A DNA stretch of 64,000 bases from Synechococcus sp. (GTDB lineage Bacteria; Cyanobacteriota; Cyanobacteriia; PCC-6307; Cyanobiaceae). The notes under the pieces were generated by a model. That model did not search any database and was not told where the DNA came from. It saw nothing but the letters and a program-made list of their open reading frames with translations. Position 1 is the first letter of the stretch. Every line of letters starts with the position of its first letter. The position numbers and the translations under genes are program-made. Of the stretch, positions 31,975-41,604 are shown piece by piece. The DNA is taken from positions 960,136 to 1,024,135 of the forward strand of contig JBJBDC010000001.1 of assembly GCA_047285535.1 (NCBI GenBank), read 5' to 3'.

Positions 31975-33618
31975 TCAGCTGCGATTGAAGGTGCGACCCA
32001 TCCCCTGAGCAATGCCTCGCCCAACCAATCCGATAGCTCGACCGACAACTTGCGTGAGCAGAACCGCAAACAGATCACCCAACCTACGGACCAACAGCTG
32101 AATCTGAGGTGCAAGTGCATCGCGTGCCTCAATGAGAAGAGCCACCTGTTGTTGCCACCATCCAAGACGACGTAGTTCTTCGTCTCTAGGTTCAGTCAGC
32201 AGAAGCGGTGCGATCTTTCCTTCATTGAGTTGGTATACAAGCCTCTGACTTTCATAAAGGCGAATGGGGCGTTGAATCCAAGCCTGCCAACGAGACTGAG
32301 TATTGAGTTGATTGCGCAAACGCTCAAGTTCTCTTGTAGAGATCAACTGCTGATTCAGCAAGTATCGCCTCAGCTCAGGCCATTCACCACAGACTCCAAG
32401 AAGTTCAGAGCCAATCAGTTCGGCCGTGCGAACAAGCCAATTGCTGACGAGAGTTTCAAGCTGAAGCAAAGCGCGTGGATCATCGGAGGGAAGCAGCTGT
32501 CCCTCGACGAGAACGGGCTGATCATCCAAAAGCGGAGCGAGCATCCGTTTCGGATTCGGAAGTTCCTCATCAATATCTCCAAGTTCAGTCTTCGAGAGAA
32601 GGTGATCTGCTACTGGGCTTAATTCTTCTCCCATTGGCAAACGAACGTAGTTGCCGGCCATAGTGCGAAGAGCCTGCTGACGCAATTCAGGTTGAAGCGC
32701 CTGCCATCTTTGCGAAAGAGCGCGATCCCATTGACCCGGAATAGGAGCCTGCTCATCCTGATCCAACCGCAATCTTTGAAGCACCTGGTTCAGCTGTTGC
32801 AGCAAGGCAAGCAGCAGTTCACGTCGACGCTCAGGATTTAAACCTTCGATGGCCAAAATATTGCCCGTGGCATTGCTTAAACCTTTTGTTACCGCCATTT
32901 CAAGGCGTTCATGGATGGAATGCCATACCGCTGCACCATTTCTCGACTTCACTTGAATCGACGTACCTGATCGCTCACTCAAAGAGGTCGCTTGTTTGAG
33001 GGGAACAGCACCTTCAAGACCTAATTGCAACGGACCCCAAATCCAGAACAAGAGTTGACGAGCACTTTTTAATTCTCGACAACGACCCTCCAGCATGAAT
33101 CGCAACATCGGATGCGAGGGTGGCGGATTCAAAAGAGCTTCAATCATGTGTAGGTCATGATTGATTTGTTGAAGTCCAGTCATCAACAACCAAACCCCCA
33201 GGCCAGGTGACTGGAAAGACTCAAATTCCTCAGATTGTGATTGAGACGTGAGTTCGACCACCCTGCCGCCAGAAAGCAAGGTATCGATGGTCTTCTGAAG
33301 TTGGTTCAGATCAGGATCCTGAAGCAATCCCGCACATTCCAGAGACAACAATTCATTGGGATTGCAAGGCAACTTTTGAGGAAGCAAAAGAAGTAGCGGT
33401 GCTGATCCCCATCGGCTTTGAAGGTTCAAAACCTCATGTTGAAGAAGCGCCGACGAAGCAACCGTTTCAACAGACCAGATCACTAGATCTGGTTGTCCAA
33501 TCAGTTGATCGATTGAGAGAGCAATCGTGAATGCTTTGTCGCCAGCCAGCCCAGACAGCAGAGATTCAGCGAGCAGATTCCTTGCGATGAGCAAAATCTG
33601 TTTAGGTACCGCGTTCAC
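31975..33618 (-). CDS. DUF3685 / Ycf55-like protein with degenerate receiver domain
   Basis: LISTRELERLRNQL, RLYESQR, PRDEEL, EARDALAP, GRAIGLVGRGIAQG. Confidence 0.8.
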   Translation of the reverse strand: MNAVPKQILLIARNLLAESLLSGLAGDKAFTIALSIDQLIGQPDLVIWSVETVASSALLQHEVLNLQSRWGSAPLLLLLPQKLPCNPNELLSLECAGLLQDPDLNQLQKTIDTLLSGGRVVELTSQSQSEEFESFQSPGLGVWLLMTGLQQINHDLHMIEALLNPPPSHPMLRFMLEGRCRELKSARQLLFWIWGPLQLGLEGAVPLKQATSLSERSGTSIQVKSRNGAAVWHSIHERLEMAVTKGLSNATGNILAIEGLNPERRRELLLALLQQLNQVLQRLRLDQDEQAPIPGQWDRALSQRWQALQPELRQQALRTMAGNYVRLPMGEELSPVADHLLSKTELGDIDEELPNPKRMLAPLLDDQPVLVEGQLLPSDDPRALLQLETLVSNWLVRTAELIGSELLGVCGEWPELRRYLLNQQLISTRELERLRNQLNTQSRWQAWIQRPIRLYESQRLVYQLNEGKIAPLLLTEPRDEELRRLGWWQQQVALLIEARDALAPQIQLLVRRLGDLFAVLLTQVVGRAIGLVGRGIAQGMGRTFNRS

Positions 33619-33690
33619 CTCTAAAACCCGAGCCTAACGATGCTCGCAGGGTACCGGTGCAAAGGCAAATGCTCCAGTGCCCTCATTCTT

Positions 33691-34155
33691 TCAATCGCCA
33701 TCTCGCTGCCTTGGGCGTCCACTGAGTTGCAGCGTGAAAGTTTCAATCTTGTATCCAGTGCGTTGCTCGATTTCAAGAATAAGTTGATCAGGTAATTCGA
33801 CATCAAGGTCTTCAATGGTTCCGCTCTCAAGACAAATGAGATGACTGTGGGGTTCGCGTCGATAGCCATACAGGCGACCACTAGCCCGATCAAGACATTC
33901 GATCACTCCAGCACTGTGGAGAGCCTCCAGATTTTGATAGACCGATGTATGTCCAATACGACGACCTTGAGCGTTCAACCTCTCAAAAATATCTCTTGCG
34001 CTTAAGTGACTGGCTTCAGTCCAGAGCAAATCGAGGACCATCCTTCGCTGTCGACTGAGACGCATCCCAAGCTTTTGGCACAACTCAAAGGTGTCGTTGA
34101 GTCCATTGGAAACAAAGGACACTTCTGAATTCTGTTTCGAGCTTTCGACAGCCAC
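33691..34155 (-). CDS. Fur-family transcriptional regulator
   Basis: GMRLSRQR, HLSA, TSVYQNL, HSHLIC; subfamily not assignable by eye. Confidence 0.9.
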   Translation of the reverse strand: MAVESSKQNSEVSFVSNGLNDTFELCQKLGMRLSRQRRMVLDLLWTEASHLSARDIFERLNAQGRRIGHTSVYQNLEALHSAGVIECLDRASGRLYGYRREPHSHLICLESGTIEDLDVELPDQLILEIEQRTGYKIETFTLQLSGRPRQRDGD

Positions 34156-34248
34156 TCATAAAGAAAGAGTGAAATAAGTTTAAAACTCAATCCACAGCTT
34201 TGCAGTTCGTCTCGGAAGATCACGGGGTGCCCATTGCCCAGATTTAGA

Positions 34249-35019
34249 TCAAGCAATAGTGCGGCTCTGATCACTGGGCGGGTCCTGCAGCCGGCCATCA
34301 GCGATCGCCTGAATGGCCTCATGCAAGTCAATGCGACCGTCGTAGAGCGCACGACCCACGATCACGCCCTCAACCCCCAATGGTTCCAAGGAGAGAAGGG
34401 CAAGCAGATCTGCCATGCAACCCACACCACCAGAAGCAATCACAGGAACAGAACTCGCTCGCGCCATTGCGCGTAGTCCCTCAAGATTCGGTCCTGCCAA
34501 CGTGCCATCAGTGGCAATGTCGGTGCTGATGATTGCTGCGATAGCAGCCTCACTGAAACGCTGAGCTAAGGATGTGGCTTCGACATCGCTCTCTTCGATC
34601 CATCCTCGCGTTGCAACACGGCCGTTGCGAGCATCTATACCCAACACAATTTTATGGGGATAGCGTGAGGCGAGGTCCATCACCAAACTTGGATTTTCAA
34701 GGGCCAGGGTGCCGAGGATGACCCGATCCAGTCCACAACTGAGCAGCTCTTCAACCCGCTCCAAAGACCGCACGCCGCCACCAAGCTGCACAGGAATGGA
34801 GAGCTCCTTAGCAATCAATTGCACGGCCTGATCGTTGATTGGTTCCCCGCTTCGAGCGCCGTCGAGATCAACCAGGTGAAGTCGGGTAGCACCTTGACGT
34901 TCCCAACTTCGGGCCTGAGCCAAGGGATCTTCACTAAAGCGTGTGACTTGGTCGTAATCCCCCTGATGCAGACGAACGCAGCTCCCCTGCAAAAGGTCAA
35001 TGGCGGGGATGATCTCCAT
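34249..35019 (-). CDS. hisA: ProFAR isomerase
   Basis: IIPAIDL, LHLVDLDGA, GGGVRS, TDIATDGTLAGP, IVGRALY. Confidence 0.97.
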   Translation of the reverse strand: MEIIPAIDLLQGSCVRLHQGDYDQVTRFSEDPLAQARSWERQGATRLHLVDLDGARSGEPINDQAVQLIAKELSIPVQLGGGVRSLERVEELLSCGLDRVILGTLALENPSLVMDLASRYPHKIVLGIDARNGRVATRGWIEESDVEATSLAQRFSEAAIAAIISTDIATDGTLAGPNLEGLRAMARASSVPVIASGGVGCMADLLALLSLEPLGVEGVIVGRALYDGRIDLHEAIQAIADGRLQDPPSDQSRTIA

Positions 35020-35124
35020 GTCGCCGGTGGCACGTTGTGTTCATCCATCCTGCAGGCCAATGGGTCATTGTTGAAGCTCATGGGTCAAGGCCGCGCTTCA
35101 ATAATCAGATTGAGCGCCTGGTTG

Positions 35125-36048
35125 ATGAAGATTCTCGTAATGGGTGGCACCCGCTTTGTCGGGAAGCCTTTAGTGGCAAAACTGCAGTTGCAGGGGCATT
35201 CACTCACCCTGTTCACACGAGGGCATCGTCCCTCGCCTGATGGAGTGAAATCTCTTAAAGGAGATCGCAGCGTTGATGCCGATCTCGATCAGCTGAAGGG
35301 TCACAGTTTCGAGGTAATCATCGATAGCTCAGGGAGAACCTTGGATGACACGCGTCGCGTCTTAACGGTGACGGGTGCGCCATCGCATCGCTTTCTCTAT
35401 GTGAGCTCGGCAGGGGTGTATGCAGCCTCTGAGCAATGGCCTTTGGATGAAACAGACGCCATCGATCCAGCCAGCCGTCATTCCGGAAAGGCTGACACCG
35501 AAGCCTGGCTTCAAGACCAAGGAATTCCCTTTACGAGTTTCCGACCGACCTACATCGTTGGCCCAGGGAATTACAACCCAGTTGAACGATGGTTCTTTGA
35601 CCGGATTGTGCATGATCGCCCCATCCCCCTTCCTGGATCAGGAGAAACGATGACTCAGATTGGCCATGCGGAAGACCTGGCAGAGGCCATGGCTCGATCG
35701 ATCGAGGTGGATGCCGCTTGCAATCGCATCTACAACTGCAGTGCAAACCGTGGAATCACCTTCCGAGGCTTAATTGAAGCTGCTGCAGTGGCCTGTGAAC
35801 GAAACCCTGAGGCTTTAGATCTACGTCCGTTCGACCCCTCTGGACTGGATCCCAAAGCGCGAAAAGCTTTTCCTCTGAGGCTGAGTCATTTTTTGACTGA
35901 CACCACACGGGTCAGGCGTGAACTGGCTTGGGAACCAAGGTTTGATGCACAAGCATGCCTCATTGACAGTTATCAACGGGATTACAGCCTGCGGCCTACA
36001 TCAAATCCTGACTTCAGCACTGACCTCACTCTGATCGATGAGGATTGA
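35125..36048 (+). CDS. NAD-dependent epimerase/dehydratase family (CSP41b-like)
   Basis: MKILVMGGTRFVG, VSSAGVY, FRPTYI.GP.NYNP.E.WFFDRI. Confidence 0.88.
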   Translation: MKILVMGGTRFVGKPLVAKLQLQGHSLTLFTRGHRPSPDGVKSLKGDRSVDADLDQLKGHSFEVIIDSSGRTLDDTRRVLTVTGAPSHRFLYVSSAGVYAASEQWPLDETDAIDPASRHSGKADTEAWLQDQGIPFTSFRPTYIVGPGNYNPVERWFFDRIVHDRPIPLPGSGETMTQIGHAEDLAEAMARSIEVDAACNRIYNCSANRGITFRGLIEAAAVACERNPEALDLRPFDPSGLDPKARKAFPLRLSHFLTDTTRVRRELAWEPRFDAQACLIDSYQRDYSLRPTSNPDFSTDLTLIDED

Positions 36049-36562
36049 GGTAACCCCAGGCTGACCACAAGGCCAGGATCAACGCAGGCCAAAACAAACT
36101 CACTCCAACAGCTCTTAGACCTTGAACCAGTGCTGGATCTCCCCACTGAGGAGGCCAAATCATGAGCACAAGGCTAAGAAATTGAAGGATTGTTTTGAAT
36201 TTGCCTGCTGTAGAAGCTGGTGCCCCATCACTGCTGTCTCTTCGCCAGCCTGAGATCAGCAATTCTCGGGACAGCAATAACCAGACAGCCCAGACCTGCA
36301 AGGTTCCATTCGACGCCAACCAGATCAGAGGAGCGCTGATCAAAAGCTTGTCAGCAAGAGGATCAAGACGAGCGCCCCAGCTGCTACCTCCATCGGCTCT
36401 TCTTGCTAACCACCCATCAGCAGCATCGCTAAGACCTCCAAGAAGCAGCAACAACCAGGCCAGAGCGTCGTACTGCGTCGCCAAGGCCAGGAGGATAGGA
36501 AGCCCCATAAGAGCTCGGGCGAGGGTGAGTCGATCAGCCCAGAGGCGCCAGGGAGAGATCAA
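36026..36562 (-). CDS. pgsA: CDP-alcohol phosphatidyltransferase
   Basis: DAADGWLARR...GARLDPLADK. Confidence 0.85.
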   Translation of the reverse strand: MISPWRLWADRLTLARALMGLPILLALATQYDALAWLLLLLGGLSDAADGWLARRADGGSSWGARLDPLADKLLISAPLIWLASNGTLQVWAVWLLLSRELLISGWRRDSSDGAPASTAGKFKTILQFLSLVLMIWPPQWGDPALVQGLRAVGVSLFWPALILALWSAWGYLNPHRSE

Positions 36563-36593
36563 GGCTCAGAATGCATTGAGATGCGTGGATTCC

Positions 36594-37064
36594 ATGGTGC
36601 TTGAGCAGAAGGTCAAAGAAGTGATGTCATCGCCAGTGTTGACTGTGACGCCAGACACGGAATTAAAGGATGCCGTCAGTCTGCTGAGCGATCACCACAT
36701 CAGTGGCCTCCCAGTGGTTGATCAACGTGGAATTCTTATTGGTGAGCTCACAGAACAAGACCTCATGGTCCGTGAGAGCGGTGTGGATGCTGGCCCATAC
36801 GTCATGTTGCTCGATAGTGTGATCTATCTACGGAATCCTCTGAACTGGGACAAACAGGTTCATCAAGTTCTTGGAACCAAAGTCAACGATCTGATGCGGC
36901 GTGATCAGCACAGCTGTTCGGAAAGTCTGCCCCTGCCTAAAGCCGCATCCTTACTTCATGAACGCAGTACACAGAGATTGATTGTGGTGGACGATGACAG
37001 ACATCCGGTGGGGGTTTTGACGCGGGGTGACATCGTCCGAGCCTTGGCCTCGAGTCAGGCTTAG
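36594..37064 (+). CDS. CBS-domain protein
   Basis: Two CBS motifs (VKEVM...ISGLPVVD; VNDLM...RLIVVD...GVLTRGDI). Confidence 0.9.
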   Translation: MVLEQKVKEVMSSPVLTVTPDTELKDAVSLLSDHHISGLPVVDQRGILIGELTEQDLMVRESGVDAGPYVMLLDSVIYLRNPLNWDKQVHQVLGTKVNDLMRRDQHSCSESLPLPKAASLLHERSTQRLIVVDDDRHPVGVLTRGDIVRALASSQA

Positions 37065-38266
37065 CGGGATGCAAGTGGAGTGATTCTTATCGCCACAGGC
37101 TTGATAAACCGAAATTCCACCATGTCTCCTAGCACCAGCTCATCGAACACCTCTGAAGGCATCCGCTTCCTCACGTCAAGATTGTGAACCTTGCCAAACG
37201 GACCTCGGAGACTCACGGTTCGATCGATGCGAGAGATCCTGACGACTTCTGCACTGCCTGTGGCCATCGCCACGCGGGTGCCCTTGGGCACGGGGCCAAA
37301 GTCTGAAGCAAGCTCGACATCCTCACGCTCGAAACGCAAGGCTTTGTTCGGGGAAGGACGTAGGTCAACAACCAAACCATCCAAAATTTCCATGTCTATT
37401 TCTGACCCCGGACTCAACTTCAAAGTGTTGAGATCGACTGCTGAGGTCACCAGAACGTTGTGACCTTCAGGGCCTTGAACCTCAAGCACCTTTTCCTCAG
37501 GAAGAAGACGCTTCACCGTTGCATGGAGGTGGGTGATCTCGAACGACTCCAGAAGTTCAGCCTTGAGAGTCTTTCCAGAACTCAGAAGGTTGGCATCCAA
37601 GGGAGCCGTTAAGGCGGAACGAGGAGTAGCCGAAGTAGGGACTTTGCGGACATCAACGGCGATGGGCTGAACCATCCTGAAATCAACGAAGTCTCCAGCT
37701 CTTAAATCTTCAAGGGGGTCATTCTCAGGGCTCACTAAAACGTCGAGATTGTGGATACCACCAAAGGGCCCCATCAGGCTGAGGCTCCCATCCTTCTGAT
37801 CGATTTTGACGACCCTTCCAGTGCCAGAGCCAAGAGCAACCCGCATTCCTTTCTTTAGCCTTCCCATGTCATTGGGAAGAATGATGTCTTCACGACTGAA
37901 AGTCAGCTCTTTCTCTTTACTTGGTTCTAAGTCCACCAACAATCCGTCGAGAACGGAAAGGCTCACCTCATCTCCGGGTTGAAGCTGCAAAGGCTTCAAA
38001 TCAAGACCAACCGTATAGATCTCAACATGCCCTTCAGGATCGATAATTTCGATCACCTTTTCCTTGGGCATAGACTGCCTGACAATGCCTTTCAGCTCTG
38101 TTACTTCAAATCCTGCAAGTTGCTCTTCACTAAAACCTGCAAAAACATTCTGTGGGCAGATCACTGCAGAGGCAAGGAGTGTGCAGATCAGCAGCACTCG
38201 GCCATGGAGTTGTTGATGAGACTTCTGGCGCAGTGTGCGGATCATTGGTAGATCTTCAAACGTCAA
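37061..38266 (-). CDS. exported hypothetical protein with an internal two-fold duplication
   Basis: Signal peptide; two ~155-aa homologous halves. Confidence 0.8.
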   Translation of the reverse strand: MTFEDLPMIRTLRQKSHQQLHGRVLLICTLLASAVICPQNVFAGFSEEQLAGFEVTELKGIVRQSMPKEKVIEIIDPEGHVEIYTVGLDLKPLQLQPGDEVSLSVLDGLLVDLEPSKEKELTFSREDIILPNDMGRLKKGMRVALGSGTGRVVKIDQKDGSLSLMGPFGGIHNLDVLVSPENDPLEDLRAGDFVDFRMVQPIAVDVRKVPTSATPRSALTAPLDANLLSSGKTLKAELLESFEITHLHATVKRLLPEEKVLEVQGPEGHNVLVTSAVDLNTLKLSPGSEIDMEILDGLVVDLRPSPNKALRFEREDVELASDFGPVPKGTRVAMATGSAEVVRISRIDRTVSLRGPFGKVHNLDVRKRMPSEVFDELVLGDMVEFRFIKPVAIRITPLASR

Positions 38267-38323
38267 GAGACGGTAGCTCCATCTGATATTGAGTCAAAAT
38301 ACGCAGAGTTCAACCCTCGCTGC

Positions 38324-38797
38324 ATGTCAAGTTCATTGAAGCGTCGATTCATGCTTGGCCTTGGCCTAGCTGTTGTTGCTTCAGCGATACAGCTTCCTTC
38401 TCGCGCTGAGAAAACGATTGAGATCAGCTTGAAGGAACGGTACTTGAAGCTTCTGGATTCAGGAAAAGTTGTTGCACGCTATCCCGTGGCCATTGGAGCA
38501 CCCGAAACGCCGACTCCTGCTGGAAGCTACGAGATCATTCGCATGGAGGACGCGCCTGTTTACCACAAAAAAGGGAAGATTATTGCCCCAGGCCCTAAGA
38601 ATCCGGTAGGGGTGCGTTACATGGCTTATTTTCAGAATGGCCCAGGTGAATATGCCATCCACGGCACAGCTTGGCCGAACTGGGTCAATCTGAGAGCCGC
38701 CGTTAGCCTGGGATGCATCCGCATGCTCAACAAAGACGTCATCAACCTTTTCAATCAAGTGGACGTCGGGACACCCGTCGTTGTGACTTCCCACTGA
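38324..38797 (+). CDS. L,D-transpeptidase (YkuD family)
   Basis: YPVAIG...TP.G, NPVG, AIHGT...VSLGCIRM. Confidence 0.92.
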   Translation: MSSSLKRRFMLGLGLAVVASAIQLPSRAEKTIEISLKERYLKLLDSGKVVARYPVAIGAPETPTPAGSYEIIRMEDAPVYHKKGKIIAPGPKNPVGVRYMAYFQNGPGEYAIHGTAWPNWVNLRAAVSLGCIRMLNKDVINLFNQVDVGTPVVVTSH

Positions 38798-38800
38798 CCC

Positions 38801-39079
38801 ATGCGTATTTCACGATTCCTGAGCATTGCCATTTCCGCCTGCATCGCAACTCCCTTGCAAGCACAAGACGCTGCACTTCGCGAAATGCCAGAGCAAAAAT
38901 TTTTGGATCAAGTCGAAGCACCAGGTCATGTTTTGATCTCGGCTCGAGGCGCACAGGCGGTCAATGCAGAAGCCCGTCGTCAAGGATTGACGTTTCCAGC
39001 AGTGGGGTACTGGTCTCCTGAAAATGTGTGTTTCAGCAAACCACCCAAGGGTGATTGCAATGGACTTTTTAAACGTTAG
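38801..39079 (+). CDS. small exported hypothetical protein
   Basis: Signal peptide; two C-terminal Cys; 3 nt after the LD-transpeptidase gene. Confidence 0.7.
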   Translation: MRISRFLSIAISACIATPLQAQDAALREMPEQKFLDQVEAPGHVLISARGAQAVNAEARRQGLTFPAVGYWSPENVCFSKPPKGDCNGLFKR

Positions 39080-39096
39080 CTCGGTGAATTAAAAGA

Positions 39097-40635
39097 TCAG
39101 GGCACCGGCGGAGGAGGGAGCACCGGCGGGGGCGGTGCTCCATAAATGCCGGTCTTCGGCTCTTCGGCAGACAAAACGGTATCCCTTTCGTCGAAAGAAG
39201 AATTAGGAGGGATGGGCTGAGGCCAGGCTTCTGGATCCTCTGGGAGAGTCTGATCCTCCTGAAGCAAAACGGGTGGAGGCAGATCCGGCGGCAAAGCTAG
39301 ATCGAAGGGCTGAGACTGTGAATCCTTGGGAAAAGACTGTTCCTGTTGATCCTCGAAGTCAGGACGTTCCCGGAGCACGATTGGATCGGCTGTGATGGGA
39401 GGCTCTCTTAGCGGTTGCCTCGTAGGCAGGTTTGTATTGCCAGGTATGGCTTGATCGTGATCTAGCCGCGGGGTTGAGTTAGGAGCCCAGATCATTCGAG
39501 CAATTGGTTCGACACCCTGTTCCATGACACGGTTCAAGCCAGCCAGAGCACGATCCATCAACTGACCGCCAAAGTAGTAAAGGCAGTCAGCAGGTCCGTC
39601 ACACCGTTGACTGCTCTCAATGCGTTGGGTCAGATTCGCCATCAGGCCTCCCTGAAGAGGGACACGTCGCTGACTTAAACGAAGTAGGTAGGGCACATGC
39701 ACAAAACTGGTTGCACCTCCGCTGATCCAGTTCGCATCGTCCTCAGTGAAGCCCTTTTCTCCAGGAATGATGAGACGACTTTTAGAGGCGTGATCCGGCA
39801 TATAAGCAGCAACCAAGCCTCGTCTTCGTGCCAGATCTTTGGTCTGTTCAAGGGTGAGACCATCCTTGCTCATCAGCATTTCAATCCGGCCATCGGATTT
39901 CAAGCCATACACCATGCGAATTCTTGGTAAGTAGTACCGAATTCGTTGTCCCATGCTGATGCTGTAAGCACCCTTGTAGCTACTCGGCGGGGCTTCCAGA
40001 TCGTTGTAGATGCTGTGCAAGCCTCCAACAAACATGTCGTAACGCTGAGCTCGTTCAGGTGTTAACTCTCCATATCCAAAGTCGACAGCGCCATCTTTAA
40101 GGATTCCGATGTAAGCACGTTGTCTTGAAGCTGTTCGATTGCGTCCACGCCAGACGCGACTACCCAGTTTTAAATCTCCCAGGGGAACGGTGATTTCCTG
40201 GCCGAACTCATCAATATGTCTTTCGTACATCGGACCCGATACGTAAGCAAGAGCGGCGGTATCTTCGTAAGCATCCTGTTCTCGATCCCAGCCTTCTAGA
40301 AGACCCAGGCGCACGTCTCGAGGGTCAAAATCAAGGGCATAGACCTCATCATCAGGCTGGTAAACGAAAGGTCCAGCGTCAGCTTTGGGAAGCTCTACGG
40401 ATTGTGGGGAGATCTCCTTTTTATCAGGCACAGCTGGTGCCAGAGCAACAAGTGCCGAAAACACGGCGATGGGAACAGCAAGAATGAACCAACGCTTACG
40501 ACGCAGTTTCGATCGATGAGTCTTCGTTTTGGTTCTCCTCTGCAGCGACGAAAGCTCTGCATGAGGAACTGAAGTCCGGATGCGCTTCACCGGACCAGCC
40601 TTCTTGTTCGAGATTGGGGTTCGAGGTCGTGCCAA
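39097..40635 (-). CDS. membrane-anchored protein with divergent phosphodiester glycosidase (NAGPA)-like domain and Pro-rich tail
   Basis: Basic N-terminus plus TM helix; PRIRMVYGL..DG...GLTLEQ...GLVAAYMPD; poly-Pro C-terminus. Confidence 0.6.
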   Translation of the reverse strand: MARPRTPISNKKAGPVKRIRTSVPHAELSSLQRRTKTKTHRSKLRRKRWFILAVPIAVFSALVALAPAVPDKKEISPQSVELPKADAGPFVYQPDDEVYALDFDPRDVRLGLLEGWDREQDAYEDTAALAYVSGPMYERHIDEFGQEITVPLGDLKLGSRVWRGRNRTASRQRAYIGILKDGAVDFGYGELTPERAQRYDMFVGGLHSIYNDLEAPPSSYKGAYSISMGQRIRYYLPRIRMVYGLKSDGRIEMLMSKDGLTLEQTKDLARRRGLVAAYMPDHASKSRLIIPGEKGFTEDDANWISGGATSFVHVPYLLRLSQRRVPLQGGLMANLTQRIESSQRCDGPADCLYYFGGQLMDRALAGLNRVMEQGVEPIARMIWAPNSTPRLDHDQAIPGNTNLPTRQPLREPPITADPIVLRERPDFEDQQEQSFPKDSQSQPFDLALPPDLPPPVLLQEDQTLPEDPEAWPQPIPPNSSFDERDTVLSAEEPKTGIYGAPPPPVLPPPPVP

Positions 40636-41315
40636 GCAACAATGGTGCCCTCAGCCACCAGCCATTTGCGATAACGGTTACTGCATGCGTACCCACCCGT
40701 CAACTCACCGAAGGCTGGAATCACTAATCTCTCCTCAACATCGTCGTAGGCAAAGCAAGGGAGACGAAGGTGATCAGCTCCAAAACTGAGGCTCGCTACT
40801 GGGTGTAGGTGTCCGCAAATGTTAAGCAAAGGATCTTTATCACTTGTGCGTTCTGGTTCATGACTTAACCAGAGTTTTCCGATTTGGTAGCTCGAATGCT
40901 GCGGCAGGCCTGGCAGTCGACAGTAACGGTCGTGGTTGCCTCCCACCAACTTGATTTTGCACCTAGTAAGCGAAGGAAGCTCTATTAGGGTCTCACGAAG
41001 CGTGGAGGTCAGACCTAAGGATCCGTGCACAAGATCGCCAAGAATGATCAATGTCGTGGGCTGAAGTCGTGAGCAAAGGCCTAACAATTGATTCAAGGTG
41101 CCTCGATCTCCATCACTGGGTAGAGGGACGCCATGAGCCTGAAAAAGCTCAGCTTTGCCCAGATGAAGGTCTGCAATCAGTAATTCTCGTCCATGAGGCC
41201 GCCAAATCGCCTTCTCCGGAAGAAACACCAGACGCTCTTGAGCCCATGTCCAAGAAAGTCCACGGGGAACGGTCTGAGTCATGCATTGAGATGGTGGTGG
41301 GCACTCTGGATTCAA
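40587..41315 (-). CDS. ligase-associated DNA-damage-response metallophosphoesterase (PdeM-like)
   Basis: IADLHLGK, LGDLVH, GNHD, SHEP, GHLHP, PAFG.LTGG. Confidence 0.85.
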   Translation of the reverse strand: MNPECPPPSQCMTQTVPRGLSWTWAQERLVFLPEKAIWRPHGRELLIADLHLGKAELFQAHGVPLPSDGDRGTLNQLLGLCSRLQPTTLIILGDLVHGSLGLTSTLRETLIELPSLTRCKIKLVGGNHDRYCRLPGLPQHSSYQIGKLWLSHEPERTSDKDPLLNICGHLHPVASLSFGADHLRLPCFAYDDVEERLVIPAFGELTGGYACSNRYRKWLVAEGTIVAWHDLEPQSRTRRLVR

Positions 41316-41519
41316 AGAGATTCTTCCTTAAAAAGGCTTTGAGCACTGGTAGTCGCAATCCAGAGCAGAGCAACACATCAAATTCAACAATGGAAAAGCG
41401 GAGCCCTTCACCACCGTAAAAGAAACAGCTTGATTGCAGAGAGCTGAGATTCAGTTAGGCAGGACTTCCATTTGGAAGCGATTAATGAGAGTCTTTGAAT
41501 ATCTACTGGTGATACAAGC

Positions 41520-41600
41520 ATGACACTCGCTCTACTCTTCGCACTGCTTGGATCACTTGTGGCCATGGGAATGATTATTCGCCGCCTGGAAAGAGGATGA
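41520..41600 (+). CDS. 26-aa single-TM microprotein (below the ORF-track cutoff)
   Basis: Hand translation MTLALLFALLGSLVAMGMIIRRLERG*; stop 4 nt before the next ORF. Confidence 0.55.
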   Translation: MTLALLFALLGSLVAMGMIIRRLERG

Positions 41601-41604
41601 AGAA

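Noticed and set aside
33691..34155. Naming this regulator Zur or Fur
   Set aside because: Fur, Zur and PerR subfamilies cannot be separated by eye; it lacks complete CxxC motifs
34819..35124. Long N-terminal extensions of ORFs 34819-36048, 36195-37064, 642-1502 and 28576-29280
   Set aside because: They overlap neighbouring real genes; family motifs begin at downstream ATGs
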